A stretch of 64,000 bases of DNA from Cenococcum geophilum (taxonomy: Eukaryota): NCBI GenBank assembly GCA_050273025.1, contig CP158636.1:4402001-4466000 (forward strand). The letters run 5' to 3'. Positions within the stretch are counted from its first letter, which is position 1. Each line of letters starts with the position of its first letter. A program made the translations under genes and the position numbers. Below the pieces are notes generated by a model, which made no database searches, was not told the DNA's origin, and saw only the letters and a program-made list of their open reading frames with translations. Positions 24,550 to 39,100 of this stretch are shown in pieces.

Positions 24550-26000
24550 AGTAACTAGAACCCCTTTAGCCTTACCTAGGCTAATTAGAAGATTAAGCGC
24601 TAGAGGTAACCCTAAGATCTTCCCCTAAGCTAGAAATGCCAGAGGAATATACTAATATGTTTAACTAGGGACCCAACTAGAACCCTCCCGGAAGACCACC
24701 GGCCTATAATTAGTATAGTAGTGGTGTATAGACTGCTTATAAGCTAAGCAGGCCTACCCCTTTGGGAAACTAAGCCTAAACACTGACTTAAGACCTAAGG
24801 CTTATTAGGAAACCTGTATTAGCTACTAGTGCTAATACTACCTCTATAGCAGGAGCTTCTCTAGGCCCAAGTTTGGAAGGTTAAGAGCCCTATACTAATC
24901 TCCTTTAAGATAGATATTGGGAAGCTGTTATAAGGCTCTTAAAAGCCATGCGGGAGGAAGCCATTAATAAACATATTAGAACCCTCTAAGGGCAAATCTA
25001 TATCTAGCAGGGTTTAATCCAAGCTAGGTAAATTTTTTTATAACCTAGTTAAGGCTAAGGGCTTCCTGGGGGCTACCTAGTACTTACCTAAGGAGGTATA
25101 GAAGACTTAGAGAGGCACTTACGTAATAAATAGAAAAAGGATATAGACTAACTGGCTAAGGCCTTTGGTAGTCTAGAACTTCGTTATAGACCTAACGCCT
25201 AATAGCTGGACGATTGGGTTCGCGAGGTAGATAACTTCTTTAAGATGCTAATAATACGAGATAATACCAAAGAGCGTATATGCTAGATTATTAGCAAGAT
25301 TAAAGACCAATCGCTAAACTAGATTGCGCTTAATCAACTTAATAAAGAGTAAATTATAATATAGCTATAGCTATAAACCTTCCTAAAGGGTTGGACCTAA
25401 GATCTGTATATTATATAATACGATAATACAGAATAATTCTGGAATAGTACGCAGCTAGACCGTTAAGACTTCCGTTAGTTTATAAACTTTATAGAAACTT
25501 ATACTTAATAGATAGATCTAGAGCCCTTTAAAAACAAGGACGGCAGCGTCCGTAAGAAAAAGAAGATTGGATTTATCTGGGCTAGAATTAAGCTAGTAAT
25601 TTATAACGAAATAAAGCGCGTAGGAGCCCTACCGCGGATTACCGCATATACGGATTTTAAATGAGCGGTTCTAAACGCTGAGGATGCGGTAAGGAACTAG
25701 ACCTCTTTTGGTAAGAAGCCGGGGGGTTACCAAAAGCGCGGGCACTTTAGTAGTAATATAGGGCAGACCCAACCTTTAAAGAAGCCGTTTTTAAAGAGAA
25801 CTTTAGAAGGGTTAAAGTTAGGAACCTTAAATAACGGGAAAGACTTCTAGGGTTAACCCGATACCTATCTGGCACCTTTATAGAAACACTTTAAGAAGTT
25901 AAGAGAAAACTCTAGAGGTAGATCCTATTGGAAAAATAAGTAGGGCGATAACCGCACTAATAATTTAAAAAAAGAAAAGCCCTAGTTGTGGACCTCTCTT
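24550..26000 (+). pseudogene. Element C gag, RIP-inactivated
   Basis: Position between the LTR and protease, with helical coding-like sequence (LDDWVREVDNFF). Boundaries are approximate. Confidence 0.55.
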
Positions 26001-29000
26001 GGCTGCAACTAGGGTAAGATATAGAAGGAGAGACTCTCTGTATTGCTGTTAAGCTAGAAATAACACTCCCTATAGGTAAGGTACGATAGTTCTAAGCACT
26101 ATATAATAGCGGCGCCGAAATCAATCTTATATAATATAATTTAGTAAAAGAGCATAAACTTATTCTATTGTAAAGGTGGCGGAAACCTATTATAGGCTTC
26201 CTAGATAAGTATTGGATTAAGCTATATAGTGCCTATAAGCTTATAGTGTTAGTAGCCGATATACATAACCGTACTAAGGTGGTTAGCCCGCAACCCTTTT
26301 AGGCGGCTGACTTTATAGGTTATAACCTTATTCTTAGATACCCTTAGCTTGCAGAAGTAGATTTTAAGATACGCTTTAAGACTGGAGCCTTTAAATAGTA
26401 GAATGATAAAGATTCGGAAGGGCGTATATTACTAATAAGCCTAAAGGACATTCTAGAGAATATAGCCCTAGGCGAAATAGTGTACGCTCTATACCTAAAG
26501 GAGTATTAGATCTAACCCCTATTTAATAGCAAGATGGGTATAGAGCCTAATATAGGTAATAACCCCTCTATAACGGAAACCCTATAGGGAACTACTGGAT
26601 AGGTTATAAAGACATTATAGGGAGGCGGCGATCTTAAGGATCTTATAAGATACTTTAACCGCTATAGGTTACTCTGGCTTAAGTAATATATGGAGAGTAT
26701 ACTACGGCACCTTAAACGCTGCGTTAAGGAGTTCCTTACCCTCTACTGGCTACCGTATAAAACGGTTTAATGTATAGTGGTAACTATATATAAGTAACTA
26801 CTATAGCGTATAATACTGCCCGCAAGCATCCTAAGGGAGCTCTGGGATCTACCTAATAATAATATAGAGGACGAACGCGACCCCAATTTATTAAATATTC
26901 TAGTAGGCCTAAGGGACTTACTAAGGGTATTTTTGGGTAGGAGAGCTAAAGTCCTACCGTAGAACTCGGAGTACGATTATATAATTAATCTAGAAGAAGG
27001 TAAGTAACCGCTAAACCTTTTTATCTATAACCTCTCGCGTAAAGAGCTTAAGATCCTATAGGAGTACCTTAATAGCTTATTGGAAAAGGGATGGATCTAG
27101 CTTAGTAAGTTGCCGTTAGGCGCGCTAATCCTCTTTATCCTAAAACTAGATGGAACTATAAGGCTATATATAGACTATTATGGTCTTAATAAGATTACAA
27201 TTAAGAACTGTTACCTACTACCACTAGTTAGTGAAATGCTGGATTAACTATCTAGGGCGAAGATCTTTACGAAGTTAGATTTATAAGACGCCTATTATAG
27301 GCTCCGTATTAAAGAAGGGGATAAGTAAAAGACCGCTTTTAAGACCCAATACGGCCACTTTAAGTATTTAGTAATGCCTTTTAGGCTAGCCAATGCGCCT
27401 ATAATATTCTAATTATACATTTATAGAGCCTTAGGGGGACTAGTTGACCGTATATACGTCGTTTATTTAGATGACATCTTAATTTACTTAAAAGATAAGG
27501 ATTAACACGAGTAACACGTCCGCGAAGTGCTGGAACGTTTAGATAATTAGGGCCTCTACGCTAAGGCGTTAAAGTATATCTTTAATACTAAGTAGGTTAA
27601 GTTTCTAGGGTACATTGTGACGCCTACGGGTGTAGTTATAAACCTAGTAAGGGTGTAGATGATTTAGGAGTGGCCGGAGCTAGAGAGTTACTGGGATGTT
27701 TAAGTGTTCCTAGGCTTTGCTAATTTCTATAGGCGCTTTATCTATAACTACTTAGACGTCGCCTAATACCTATCTAACTATATTACGGAAGCTTCCTAAG
27801 ACCCAACCTAAGGAGTAAAAAGCTTAAAGGCGGTAAGGAAGAAAACTAAGAAGGGACTAACTAAATAGTATAAGCTATAGTTATGGCCCGGAAAGGTTTA
27901 GGAGGCCTTTTAAAAACTTCGCGCGAAGTTTACGGAAGCTTTATTGCTGCGGCATTTCGACCTAAATTAGCTATTAATAATAGTCACTAATATATTAAAT
28001 TTCGCCCTTATTGGTATCCTGCTGCAACCTAATAGGCATCTAGACGCTACCTATCTCTATTAGAGACTAGTAGTATTTTATAGTAGAAAATTCTAAGGAC
28101 TTAAAGTTAGGTATTATACCCACGATAAGGAACTGCTGGCTATAGTCGACTGCTTTAAATAGTGGCGACACTACCTTAAGCACGCGAGCTATACCACTCG
28201 TATACTCTCAGATTACTATAATCCACGCTACTTTATAACTATGAAGGAGCTTATACCTTAATAAGCTAGATAGGTAAAGGAGCTCGCGCGATTTAATTTC
28301 GAGATTAAATATAAGCTAGGGGAAAACAACCCTGCCGATAGACCGTTATAACGGCTAGACTATGCCAAAGGCTTTAAAACGGGAGAAGGAAAATAGATAA
28401 TAGATATCTTACTCCCTACATTGCAGAATAAGCTTTGGGTATAGGATGCTTAAGTATCTATAGCTCTATACACTAAGTCTTAGGTGGTGTAAGCCCTATC
28501 GGTTTCTATTGACGTTCCGGTTAGTACCCGGTCCGTTGCCAATAAGGGTCTAAATATACCTAGATAGGACGTCCCTAATATATTCTCGGAACCTAGTGTT
28601 ATACTATCTCTAATTACTAAGCTATCCCCTTAAATAAATAGCGAAGCTATAGAGTAATCGGAACTTGGAGCCCTATAATAATTAAAGGACTTTAACCTTA
28701 TAGCGGCCTTCCTAATATATACGCATTAAAGAGTTACAAGATCTATAGTACTATCTAGTCTTATACTTAGAGTAGTATGGGACGAAATAGCTTTTACCCA
28801 GGAACTATTTGAAAGTTTAATAGATCTTATCTATAAGGTGCAACGGAGGGACGCTTTCTATACTATCCTTAATGCGGAAGTAGACCGGAAACGTAATGGA
28901 AAGGAAGCTGCTAGGCGCCACTATTGGGAACTAGACCTAATAGGCCTACTACGTAAAGGTGGTAAGGTTTGGGTGCTATAAGAAGCAAATCTACGATAGA

Positions 29001-30400
29001 AGATTCTTATAAAGAATTACGATAATCCCCTAGGCGGCCACTATGGTTAAGTAAAGATAGTGGAATTACTTTAGCGTAAATACTATTGGCTAAGGCTTAA
29101 TTAGGAAGTAAAGAAGTACATTAGCTATTATGAAAAGTGTTAAGTATATAAGATCCGTAGGTATAAGCTATGGGGTCTACTTAAATCAGTTCCCCCCGCC
29201 AGTAAGCTATAGTAATATTACGCTATAGACTTTATTACGGATCTCCTACTATTTAAAGATGGCTAAGGACGAATATATGATTCGGTTCTTATACTTATTA
29301 ATAGGTTTTTAAAGTATGTCTAATACCTTCCCGTTAACAAGACGATTAACGTATAAGAGCTCGCTAACCTAATTAAGGAGAAATGCTTTCTTAAAGTAGA
29401 TTAGCCACACTCCATTATTATTAATAGGGGCAGCGTCTTTATAAGCCAATACTGGTCGGACCTATGCTTCTATTTAAAGATAGACCACCGGTATAGTACG
29501 GCTTTCTACCTATAGACGGATGGGTAAATGGAACGCCAGAACTAGGAACTGGAGTCTTACCTATAGATGTATTTAAACTACTAGTAAGACAACTAGTACG
29601 AGCTACTTCCGTACGCGGAGTACGCTTATAATTTAAAGCAATATGTATTGTATAAGTATGCACTAATCTAGATTGCCTATAGCGTTTAACTATTTAGGTT
29701 TGATAGTATACCCGACGATTACTGGCTAAGGCCGTATAATTAGTTATAGGATCCTACTGGGAAGTTAAAGGACATCTACTAGAGAGTATAAGGATACCTT
29801 TAGGAATGGGAGGAGTAATAGAAGTATGCGAAGTAGAGCCTATAAGATACCTAAGAGCAGTAAAGACTTTGGTATAACTATAAGCACTAGGATAAGCATT
29901 TTAGAGTAGGCGATAAGGTTTTATTACGTTTAACGAATATTAAGACCCGTTAACTATTAAAGAAGCTTAATGTAAGATACCTAGGTCCCTTCTAAGTTAA
30001 GGAACAAATTAGTAAGCTAGCCTATTGTCTCCAGCTACCCCCATCTATGGCCTATATATATTTAGTGTTTTACGTAAACCTACTAGAGCTATAGCATAGA
30101 CTACTGCCGGAAAAGAACTTCCATCTAGGCCCAATTGAACACCCTAAGGTGGTGGGCGAGCGGTATAAGGTTGAAGCTATACTATACTATAAGTCTGTTA
30201 AGAACAAGCTTTAATTTGAAGTTAAATGGCTAGGCTAGCCCGCTAAGGACTCTATATAGGAACTAGAGAATTACCTTAATTATTGTAAAGATATTCTAAA
30301 AGAATATTGGGACCAAGGTCTATAATCTATAAGTTGTAGAAAGCGCTCTAATACTATGGTATTATCGCGACCTATAAAGAAAGCTCGCAAAAAGAGTAAA
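26000..30400 (+). pseudogene. Element C pol (PR-RT-RH-IN-chromodomain), RIP-inactivated
   Basis: NSGAEINLI (~26106), KTAFKTQYGHF, VYLDDILIY (27461), HDKELLAIV, DFITDL, TDG*MERQN, YKVEAIL..VKWLG*..LENYL (~30163-30280). Confidence 0.93.
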
Positions 30401-30599
30401 TAGGTTAAATTGGATATAGAATGGATAGGCTCCGGAAACTATAGGGATAGGGCTACAGCCCAAGACAGGATAGGTCCTTAGCCTTTTCACGTATATAGTA
30501 TAGAGTTAATAGGGCATTTTGCTAGAATTGTATTCTTATTTATTAATTTATACTAGGATCATTATTCCTAGGGCTTCTAAGCCCTTTCTAAAAGCCTTA

Positions 30600-31657
30600 T
30601 AAGGCCTTCCCGAGCACCTAATCGAGGTCCTCGATTGCTACTATATATAAGAACGAATTCTAAAAGTCTAAACCATAAATGCCTAATCTGAAAAGCCACT
30701 ACGCCTTATTATTATTAGGAGTAGGATTAGTGTCTATTGGGCCACTAAGTGATAGCTAACGAGAATAGGATCTAGATGCCTTAGTAGGCGTATGAGTAGG
30801 CATAAAAATAGGGGTAGGATAATGAGGTGTAGCTGGAGTAGAGACTCTTAAACGCTTAATACTAATATTAGGTCCAAACCAATACTAATGAAGCTCTTAT
30901 GGCGTAAGCTTATAGTTAATAAAGATATGCTTAAGCCCAGAATAAATAAAGATGTTAGCTGGCTAGTATAGTCCAGAACCACTGAGACCTTACTACGGTA
31001 ACTATTAGTTACCTATCCGGTAGGTATCCGAAGGGTAACCTACCTAATAACGTATTATATTATGCTCTTTTAAAACTTAACGCGTATGCGCGAACTCCTT
31101 CCTATAGTAGACAGCAACCTTCTTCTTATTACCCCCATCTCTTACCCTATCCTTAGTATACCAACCTTGCTCTTGCATTAGGCGTTACTAGCTAGCTTGC
31201 TGGGAATTATAGGTAGTGTAGATGGCCGTGGCATAGTCTTGAATTCGGCTAAGTTATTTAGCATTTGCGCTGGAATAAGAGAGAGCCTAGGCGATATAGT
31301 AGTTAAGGACATTAAAGGAACGTTGCTACTTAGGCCCAGGCTATTAAAGCTTAAAGTTAGTAATGGAAATCTATTAAGAATAGAAAAGCTTACCTTAACG
31401 TAACTGCCGCTCTTAGTACGCATGCATCGATTATAAGGACTAAAGGTATTGGATCTAACGCAGTGCGTCTTATTATAAGCCTCCAGAATTCTGTTATTAG
31501 ATTTCTAGTCTTTTGAAGACGTACAGGCAAAATTATTTAGGTAGGACTAGCACTAGTTGCGAGTTAGCGGAGGTTAGGGTTCTATATATAAAGGTAGGGC
31601 TAGGATACGCTATGGAATCTACTTAGAAGAGCAGTTAGTAGGAGAATAAAGAGGTAT
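30600..31657 (-). pseudogene. Antisense six-Cys accessory gene of element C; intron 31341-31393
   Basis: C*SY(C)..HCVRSNTFSPY(C)NRCMRTKSGSY(C)VK, then a phase-0 intron GTAAGC..TACTAAC..TAG, then PGP..RSFNVLNYYIA.. in frame. 3' end is approximate. Confidence 0.65.
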
Positions 31658-33949
31658 ATTAAATTATTGATGGAAAAAAAGAAAATCTTAATAATATATC
31701 GAAGATACGTCCAAAATTGGACGAAGGTTAATGATAGAAAAGTAAGGTATTAAGGAAAAGGAGCAGCTCGATAAGCAAAGGCGTCCTTATACTTTACCGT
31801 CCAATACCCTTTTAGTAAATAGCCGCAACCTTACTAATATAACTCCGTTATAATAGCGCTATTTAGAAGGAAGGAAACACGCGTATAAGTTATTTAACCA
31901 TTACTTCCTTATAAAAACTAACTACGCGGCCGGGGGAAGGTAATTAAGACGTTAAATTAAAGACGTATATGGGTTAAATTAGACCTAAAATGATACTATA
32001 GTATTAAAGAATAACGTTATAGACGTTCTTGACAATTGCATAATAGCTATAATTGCTATCGCGAAATGTCCCTATTTACTAGGTAGTAGAGCTACGCTAA
32101 ATATACAGTACAGGACTACTAGATTTGAAAGTATATACACCAAATCTTAAGAGATAAGTCTCTTTAACTAACTAATTGATACCTTAACCGTATCTAATAG
32201 CCTGAGGGTAAATGCGGGAGTAATGCGTTAGTGACGTAGAGGATTATAAGAAAAGGATTATAAGAAAGAATTATAGATTATATCTTAGTAGTTAAAGACG
32301 ACGGCAAGCTAAGGCTCTGTACGTTAAATCCTATACTAAAAGGTTTTACGGAACTATACTGGAACACCAAATTGCCTATAATACTTGTGATTAATTATAG
32401 ACCGGCATAAAGGCTTAGAAGCAGAGTTGTATGAAAATCCCTATATTAGCCTAGGTAGTCACTAATATGCTTCCAGTAGGCTTTTAATAGGTTTTCTAGC
32501 AATCCTTACGTCTTTTCTCTAGTTATATTTTTTCCTTATTAAGGTTTTTTAGGAGTTTAAAGCAGGGGTTAGATAGATAGATAATATATAGTGGTATACT
32601 AACACCTCTCTAATATCTCTCCGAACCTCTTTTGGGATAAGCCCTTATAATCTCCCTACCGTAAGGTAATGGCGATTAGGGGCCGACTGTAAAAAGGGGG
32701 GGGGTAATATAAGGGATATTATTGCGGATACCTTGGGTTGCCCTTAGGATAACCCCTAGACGCCCCTTAGATGGTTGCCGGTTACGTGCCGGAGGCATAT
32801 GCCCGTAGTATATAGTCTCCACAATCCTAGAGGCCTTACCTCCTTAAGGATTCGTCTCTCTTACCAATCTATCCTATTCTACAATCGTGTCCTTATAGCC
32901 CCCTATCTACAAGATCCCCTTATAGAGAAAGACCTACGTTCTAGTATTTCCTATTCCATTCTATTTTAAATTTCGCTAATTATACTAGATCCCTACTGTC
33001 TATATATATAAGACTTATAGGCTCTAACGTGCTATCTAAGATTTCCGCTAATATTCTAATAGTAATAGGCGGGGACAGAAGGTGTCTTCCCTTGCTTGTA
33101 AACTCTTTAATTTTATAAGGGTTTCCACTGCTATAGAGACGTAATGTTCTCGGATATATAGTGTCTAGAAGCGTATATACAAACAGCTTATCCTTATTAA
33201 TAATAACATTTATACTCTTACGCGGGTTACTCTGGCTAGGTAAGTTTCTTTAGTAACTTGCTTAGGAACTATACTAACTCCTTTAGCTAATATCTCTCTA
33301 ATCCCTACTTAGACGCCGATTTAAAACCTAGGGATACTAAGGATAGTAATAAACGTTAAGATAAACGTTCTCCTTGCTAGTCTTCTGCCTATGCTAGTCC
33401 TTTTAGTACCTATCGTTCTAAAAAGAATATTAGTAGAAGTGCTAATACTTCTAGGGATAGAGGAGCCGATAATACCGTTAATAATAATGTTAAGATAGAA
33501 GAGGAGGCTCCTATTACTGCTGCTGGTATTTAAGTTATTACCTAGCTCTTTCCTTTTTTTTGTAGAATAGCTTTATATAGTGCCTCTTAGGTGCCTCTAG
33601 GATGCCCTATTATTAGGAATTAACTTTATACTTTAGAGATGCCTTTATTCTAAGCTTTGGTGACAATCTATATAAACATAGTATACTACTATAATCCCTA
33701 TATGTAATAAACGGGTAGTATTCCTATAGGTGCCTTATAATTCCTTAAAATTTCTAATTCTTTATAGGCTGTTCTTTTGCTCCTCTTCGTACTATTAACT
33801 CTACTGTGTATCTCTAGTGCTAGGCTAGATACTCTCCTTTTATTCTTAGGGGATCTTTCTAAATTCCCGAGGCCACTTCTTATAGTGCTACTACTTCTTC
33901 TTAAACAGCGTCTTCTTTAAATAGTATCCCTGGTGGTTCTCCTATAGAT

Positions 33950-34360
33950 CCCTATAGGCTTCCTCTTATAGGATTTTAGGATCCCTATTTTAATAGCGAA
34001 ACGTTTCCGTTCTTAATGCCTATGCTTAATTCTATAGTTTTAATTTATGGGGTCTTCCCTATTACTTTACCTATGGCATATCCGGAACTATTTCTAAGTC
34101 TTTACCTTTAGTTCTTAGGAAGGTTTTAATTGTGGTGTCATATTCTAGCTAAAGGTACTCCTTAGGTTCCCAACTGTTATACGTTTAAAAGTATCCTTCC
34201 TAATAAACTAAAAATTCGCGCTTTTTTTAGCGCCATCTTTAGTCTAAAATATCTTCTACATTCCATTCTAGTTCTCTATTAATTTTGCTAGGTAGGGGCG
34301 GTTTCGCACTATCTCTTCTCTAATATGGCTTTAGTAAGGAAATATAAAATATAGAATATA
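33950..34360 (-). pseudogene. Element B pol C-terminus (chromodomain)
   Basis: EWNVEDILD..GY..NSWEP-like motif at ~34160-34270. Confidence 0.8.
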
Positions 34361-34736
34361 TATCACGGCACTGACCTAACGCATACTGTTTCATACTGTC
34401 TCGTACTATTTCCTACTATTAGCTGGCCCACCACTAGCGACTTAGCGGCCGGCCCTACTATTTATATATAATACCCCCTTTCCACCTTCTTCCCCTCTTT
34501 ATACTACAATATAGTTATTTAGTCTACTTTATTACAGCACTGTAACAGTTTGTAGTATCTTTAATTTACGCCCTATCGCGATCACTAATTTCTCGTACCC
34601 TAGCCAATTAACCTCCGCCCCAGAGCAATCACAACCTATACGCGCCTCTGCTAAAACCAACACGTCCCTAGCATAGTCCTAGAACGATCCTTAGTTTTTA
34701 CCTAGCGCCTAGATAGGCGACACTAATGACGCCGAA

Positions 34737-36180
34737 ATGGCTAAAACCTAAAACCCCCGCGATATTTTTGCAGACCTCTTTATAGAGACATACCCTAATA
34801 TCGCGTGGATAATCCGCTACTCCCTACCGTACCCTAAGACCTTTAAGCCTAGTAAAGCTTACCTTACCCTTATTAACTATACTAACGAGTTCCTTAATAA
34901 TATTAAAGCAGGACTATAGTGTATATATAACATAAACACCGCTAATAAAAAAGCTAATAAAAACCTTAGTGCCCTTATCGCCTTCTAGACAGGAACTATT
35001 AACTCCTAGGCAGAGACTATTACCGTTCTAAAACAATTAACCCCTATAATAACGGTAGTAACCTAGCAGAAAAAACGGAGATCTAAAGACCCGCCAATAT
35101 TTAGTGGAAAAGGCACCCCGCTAGAATAATAAGCTAAATTTAAGACCTGGCATATTAAGATTAAGGGAGTCTTTAACTGGGACTAGGACTACTTTAACAC
35201 AGTTTAGTTCTAGATTCTTTACATCTTGGACATACTAGAGGATAAGGCCTATGAGTTTATTAAGTAGGGCCTAGAGCTTATACACGAGAACCCAAACAAC
35301 ATATCTGCGTGGAAATGGCCTACTAAGGAAGATATACTTAAAGACCTTACTGCCTACTATAAGGTCCTTAATATAACCTAGGTCGCAAAGAATAAGCTTA
35401 ACCATTTCCCCTAGGGTAAGCGTAACTACTAGTCCTAGAAGGGAGAGCTTAATAAGCTAATAGCCTGCGCTAAGAAGACAGATGAATAGAAGGTGGACCT
35501 ACTCTAAAAGTTTATCTCTCTAAAGATAGAAGAGCTGGCACTTGAACTTGCCTATAAAATTAATAATAGTAACTATATAGGTTAGAGCAAGTAGATAGAT
35601 GTATTCGCTAAGAACCTTACAAACTATACATACTAAGCTAACCTTAAGAAGAACGCTAACCACCGCCTACCTACCTAAGCCCTTACCCCTATATTAACCC
35701 TAACCCTAGCAGTAACTAGAGAACCTATAGACCTTAATAAAATCTTAGACATAAAGCGTAAGCGCCGCGTTAATAATAGACTATATCTTACCTATAGCCT
35801 GCCTAGCCATTAAAAGAATGCCTATAACCCCGCTAAGATAGTAAACCTAGTCCTAATGCCACCCCGTTAAATAACGCGAACTAATAACTGCGGACGCGGC
35901 GACCGCGGAGCCTATTATAGCCGCGGCGGACGACCCCCCCCCTTTAACCTTATGGCTTAGTTACTCTAAACCATGCCGTATATAGGAGCCTAACCCATTA
36001 ACAACGCCTAGTATTGGCGACTTCGCGCTAGCGAATACAAACACGGCTACGTTGTTAGCAAGGTATCGTCTTCCTATACCCTAACTAAAACCGAGACCGA
36101 TACCGCTAGCTAGACGGACACTGGACCACCCTACTAAGACAGCCCTGTACCCCAGTCGTTAAAAGGCAGACCCTTAAACT
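34737..36180 (+). pseudogene. Element D gag, RIP-inactivated
   Basis: KDPPIFSG, EPIDL(EPMDL) and a degenerate zinc knuckle at ~35780-35825. Confidence 0.75.
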
Positions 36181-36199
36181 AAGTTGCGTTTAAGGGTCT

Positions 36200-39100
36200 A
36201 AACTATATAAGGAGGAAGACGAGAAAATTAGGTCCCTATTACTAGATTAATTAGTCCTTTCTATTAGTAAACTGCTACTTAATCTTAGATTAGCAAACAG
36301 TAATAAGAAATTAATCCTTATTTAAACCCAACTCTCCTTATTACGTAACCTATACCCCTAAGTTTATATTAATATAGTAAGCCTAGTGGACTCCGGTAGT
36401 ACTATAATGGCATTTACCAACGCAGAGTCTATTATAAGAAAGTATAACATTATAACTAAGAAGCTGCTAGCACCTAGGCCACTGCGCCTTATAGATAGTA
36501 TCCCAACTTCGCTTATTACGGACTACTTTACCGCCCGAATATTAATCAGCCTCTATACTAAAGCCATACTCTTTTTTATTACTAAACTCTCGCCCACTAC
36601 CCTAATTATCCTAGGTATACCCTAGCTTTAGAAGCATAAGCCCCGCCCCAGCTTTAGAAAACTTAAAATCCGCTTTAACTTAGACTACTACTTTAGGCAC
36701 TACCTCCCGTAGGGGATAACCGACGTTAATAGGGACGCCCTATATAGATACTTAGTACTACTAAGCCTAGTGCCTAGGACTATATATAAAGCCCTAATAG
36801 TAGAAGACATTCCTAATAAAGGGGAGCCTATATAGCTGTAAAGAAACGAGATAGTAGAAGACTGGACTACCCTAGCACTTAAGACCAAAATGACGGGCTA
36901 GCTAGCCCTACCGAGACTATGGAAGAAGGTCCGCTTTACGCCGCCACTATTAAGAATCTAACCCTAACCCAGGCACTATTTAAACCCTAGCTACCTAGCC
37001 CGACACCCGGAACTAAGCTATATACTATATACGCACACTATAGCTTGCGTTATAGTAAGGACTGGCTATAGAACTACTAAGACCCAGATAATAGAAACCG
37101 TACCACCGTAACGCCTAACCTTATACCCGTCTCCCGCGCGTACTATATAGGGCCGCCGCCTTATTTCCGCCCCCCTGGGCTAACTAAGCCGTATTAGCTT
37201 AGCCGTAGCACCGGAGAACTAGATACGCCCTAACCTAGACGATATTAAATACACTTATACTATTAATTTCACCCAGTTCTGTAAATAAAAAGATATAAAG
37301 GTAATAAGGATCTATATGGCGGAGCTAGTAGAGCTAGTTAAATAAGATAAGCACTAATAGCTACTTAAAGAGCTGCCTATAGGCCTAATAGAAGTACCAA
37401 ACCTATTAGAAAGGTCTTTCCGCCGGCTAGTAGAAGGCGACTATATAATAAAGAAAGCCCGTAAAGCGCTCCCCCCCTATTTCTATAACTTCCTTAAGAT
37501 AAATCTAAAAACCAAACCCGAGCTTTTATGTCGGAAGATAGTCAACACTAATATTAAAAAATTCCTAAAAGGCAAACCAGGATTAACCCGCGAAGATATT
37601 CTATAACGCTTACTAAAGGAGTTTAGTAAATATATTAAGCACTTCCTCCCTAAAAATATAGATAAGCTGCCCCCTTACTGACCATAGGACCATAAAATTG
37701 AGATTACCCCCAAAAACTAGGCCCTGTACTAAAAAAATAGACCACTCTTACCTGCTAAACTTAGGTGTGTAAAGAAGTGGATTAATAAGATACTAGATAA
37801 GGGTTTTATCCGCGAATTAACCTTACCAGCTGCTGTACTACTCCTCCTCGCTACTAAGCCCAGCGGCGGTGTGTAAATCTACTATAACTACCGAGGCCTA
37901 AACACAGTTACTATTAAGAATTAATACCCACTGCCACTAATCCGCGAGATACTTAACGCACTTTATGGTGCTAAGTACTTTACTAAACTTAATATAATTG
38001 CTATGTTTAACTGGATCCGGATTACAGAGGGCCATAAGTAGCTTATAGTATTTATTACCCGGTTCGGACTCTATAAGATACTAGTTATACTATTCGGCCT
38101 CTATAACGCACCCGCTATGTTCTAGAACTATATTAACTATATTTTACACAACGCCTTTAACAACTACTATACTACCTACCTTAATGACGTCCTTGTCTTT
38201 TTTAAAACACGCGCTAAGTACACTAAGTATATAAATAAAGTCATTTAAAGACTCGGTAATGCTAGACTTTAGATTAATATTAATAAGTCTAAGTTCTACT
38301 CTACTAAAACAAAATACCTCGGCTTAATTATTTTGACTAATAGTATAACTATGGACCCTAAAAAGGTATAAGCCCTACAGGAATAGAAGGACCCGATATT
38401 AATTAAAGAACTATAACAATTTCTTAGCTTCGCGAACTTCTACTAATAATTTATCTAAGGCTACTCTGCTATCGCTATACCTATAATAAAACTCCTAAAG
38501 GAGGATATTGGATGGCTATAGGGACTAGAACAAGCCAAATCGTTTAAGGCCCTTAAGGGAGCCTTTACTTTAGCACTAGTACTAGCATACTATAACTATA
38601 TAAAGAAAACAGTAGTAGAAACAGATATATTAAATTAGGCTTTTAGCGGAGTCCTTTCCCAGTATAATAATAACAGAAAATTAAAACTGGTTGCATTCTT
38701 CTCCATAAAGCACTCTATGCTAAAGTATAACTATAAGATCTACGATAAAGAACTCTTAGCTATTATTAAGGCTTTAAAGGAATAGCGTCCTAAGCTATAA
38801 GGGACTAAGGAGCCGTTTAAAATTATTACTAACTATAAAAACCTATAGACGTTTATAACTACTAAGCAGCTAAACTAGCGCTAAGTCTAGTAAGCAGAGT
38901 TCCTTTTATAGTTTAACTTTATAATTATATATAGACCCAACAGCAAAGCTACGCTCCCTAACGCCTTAAGCTGGCTACCAGGAATAAGGCCTAAGGACGC
39001 CAATAATAAACGCCTCCGCCACCGAGCCTAAGTTATTATACCGCCCCAAAAAGTTAACCCTATAATCTTAAAAGAATTACTATATAAGTCCTGTAACTCT

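Larger units (their letters stand above)
24004..32924 (+). mobile_element. Gypsy (chromovirus) element C, full length (8921 bp), TSD GAGAA
   Basis: 217-bp LTRs at 24004-24220 and 32708-32924. GAGAA at 23999-24003 and 32925-32929. PPT A/G run at ~32690-32704. Confidence 0.95.
23790..33533 (+). pseudogene. Antisense six-Cys accessory gene of element B, split by element C; introns 32944-32988 and 33240-33286
   Basis: ATG at 23790 (MARGPSTRP..). The frame runs across the element C TSD as ..SKYSYYYSRR|KTYVL (RIP-reversed C-x2-C-x6-C). GT..GCTAAT..AG and GTAAGT..TACTAAC..AG introns keep the frame. Confidence 0.65.
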
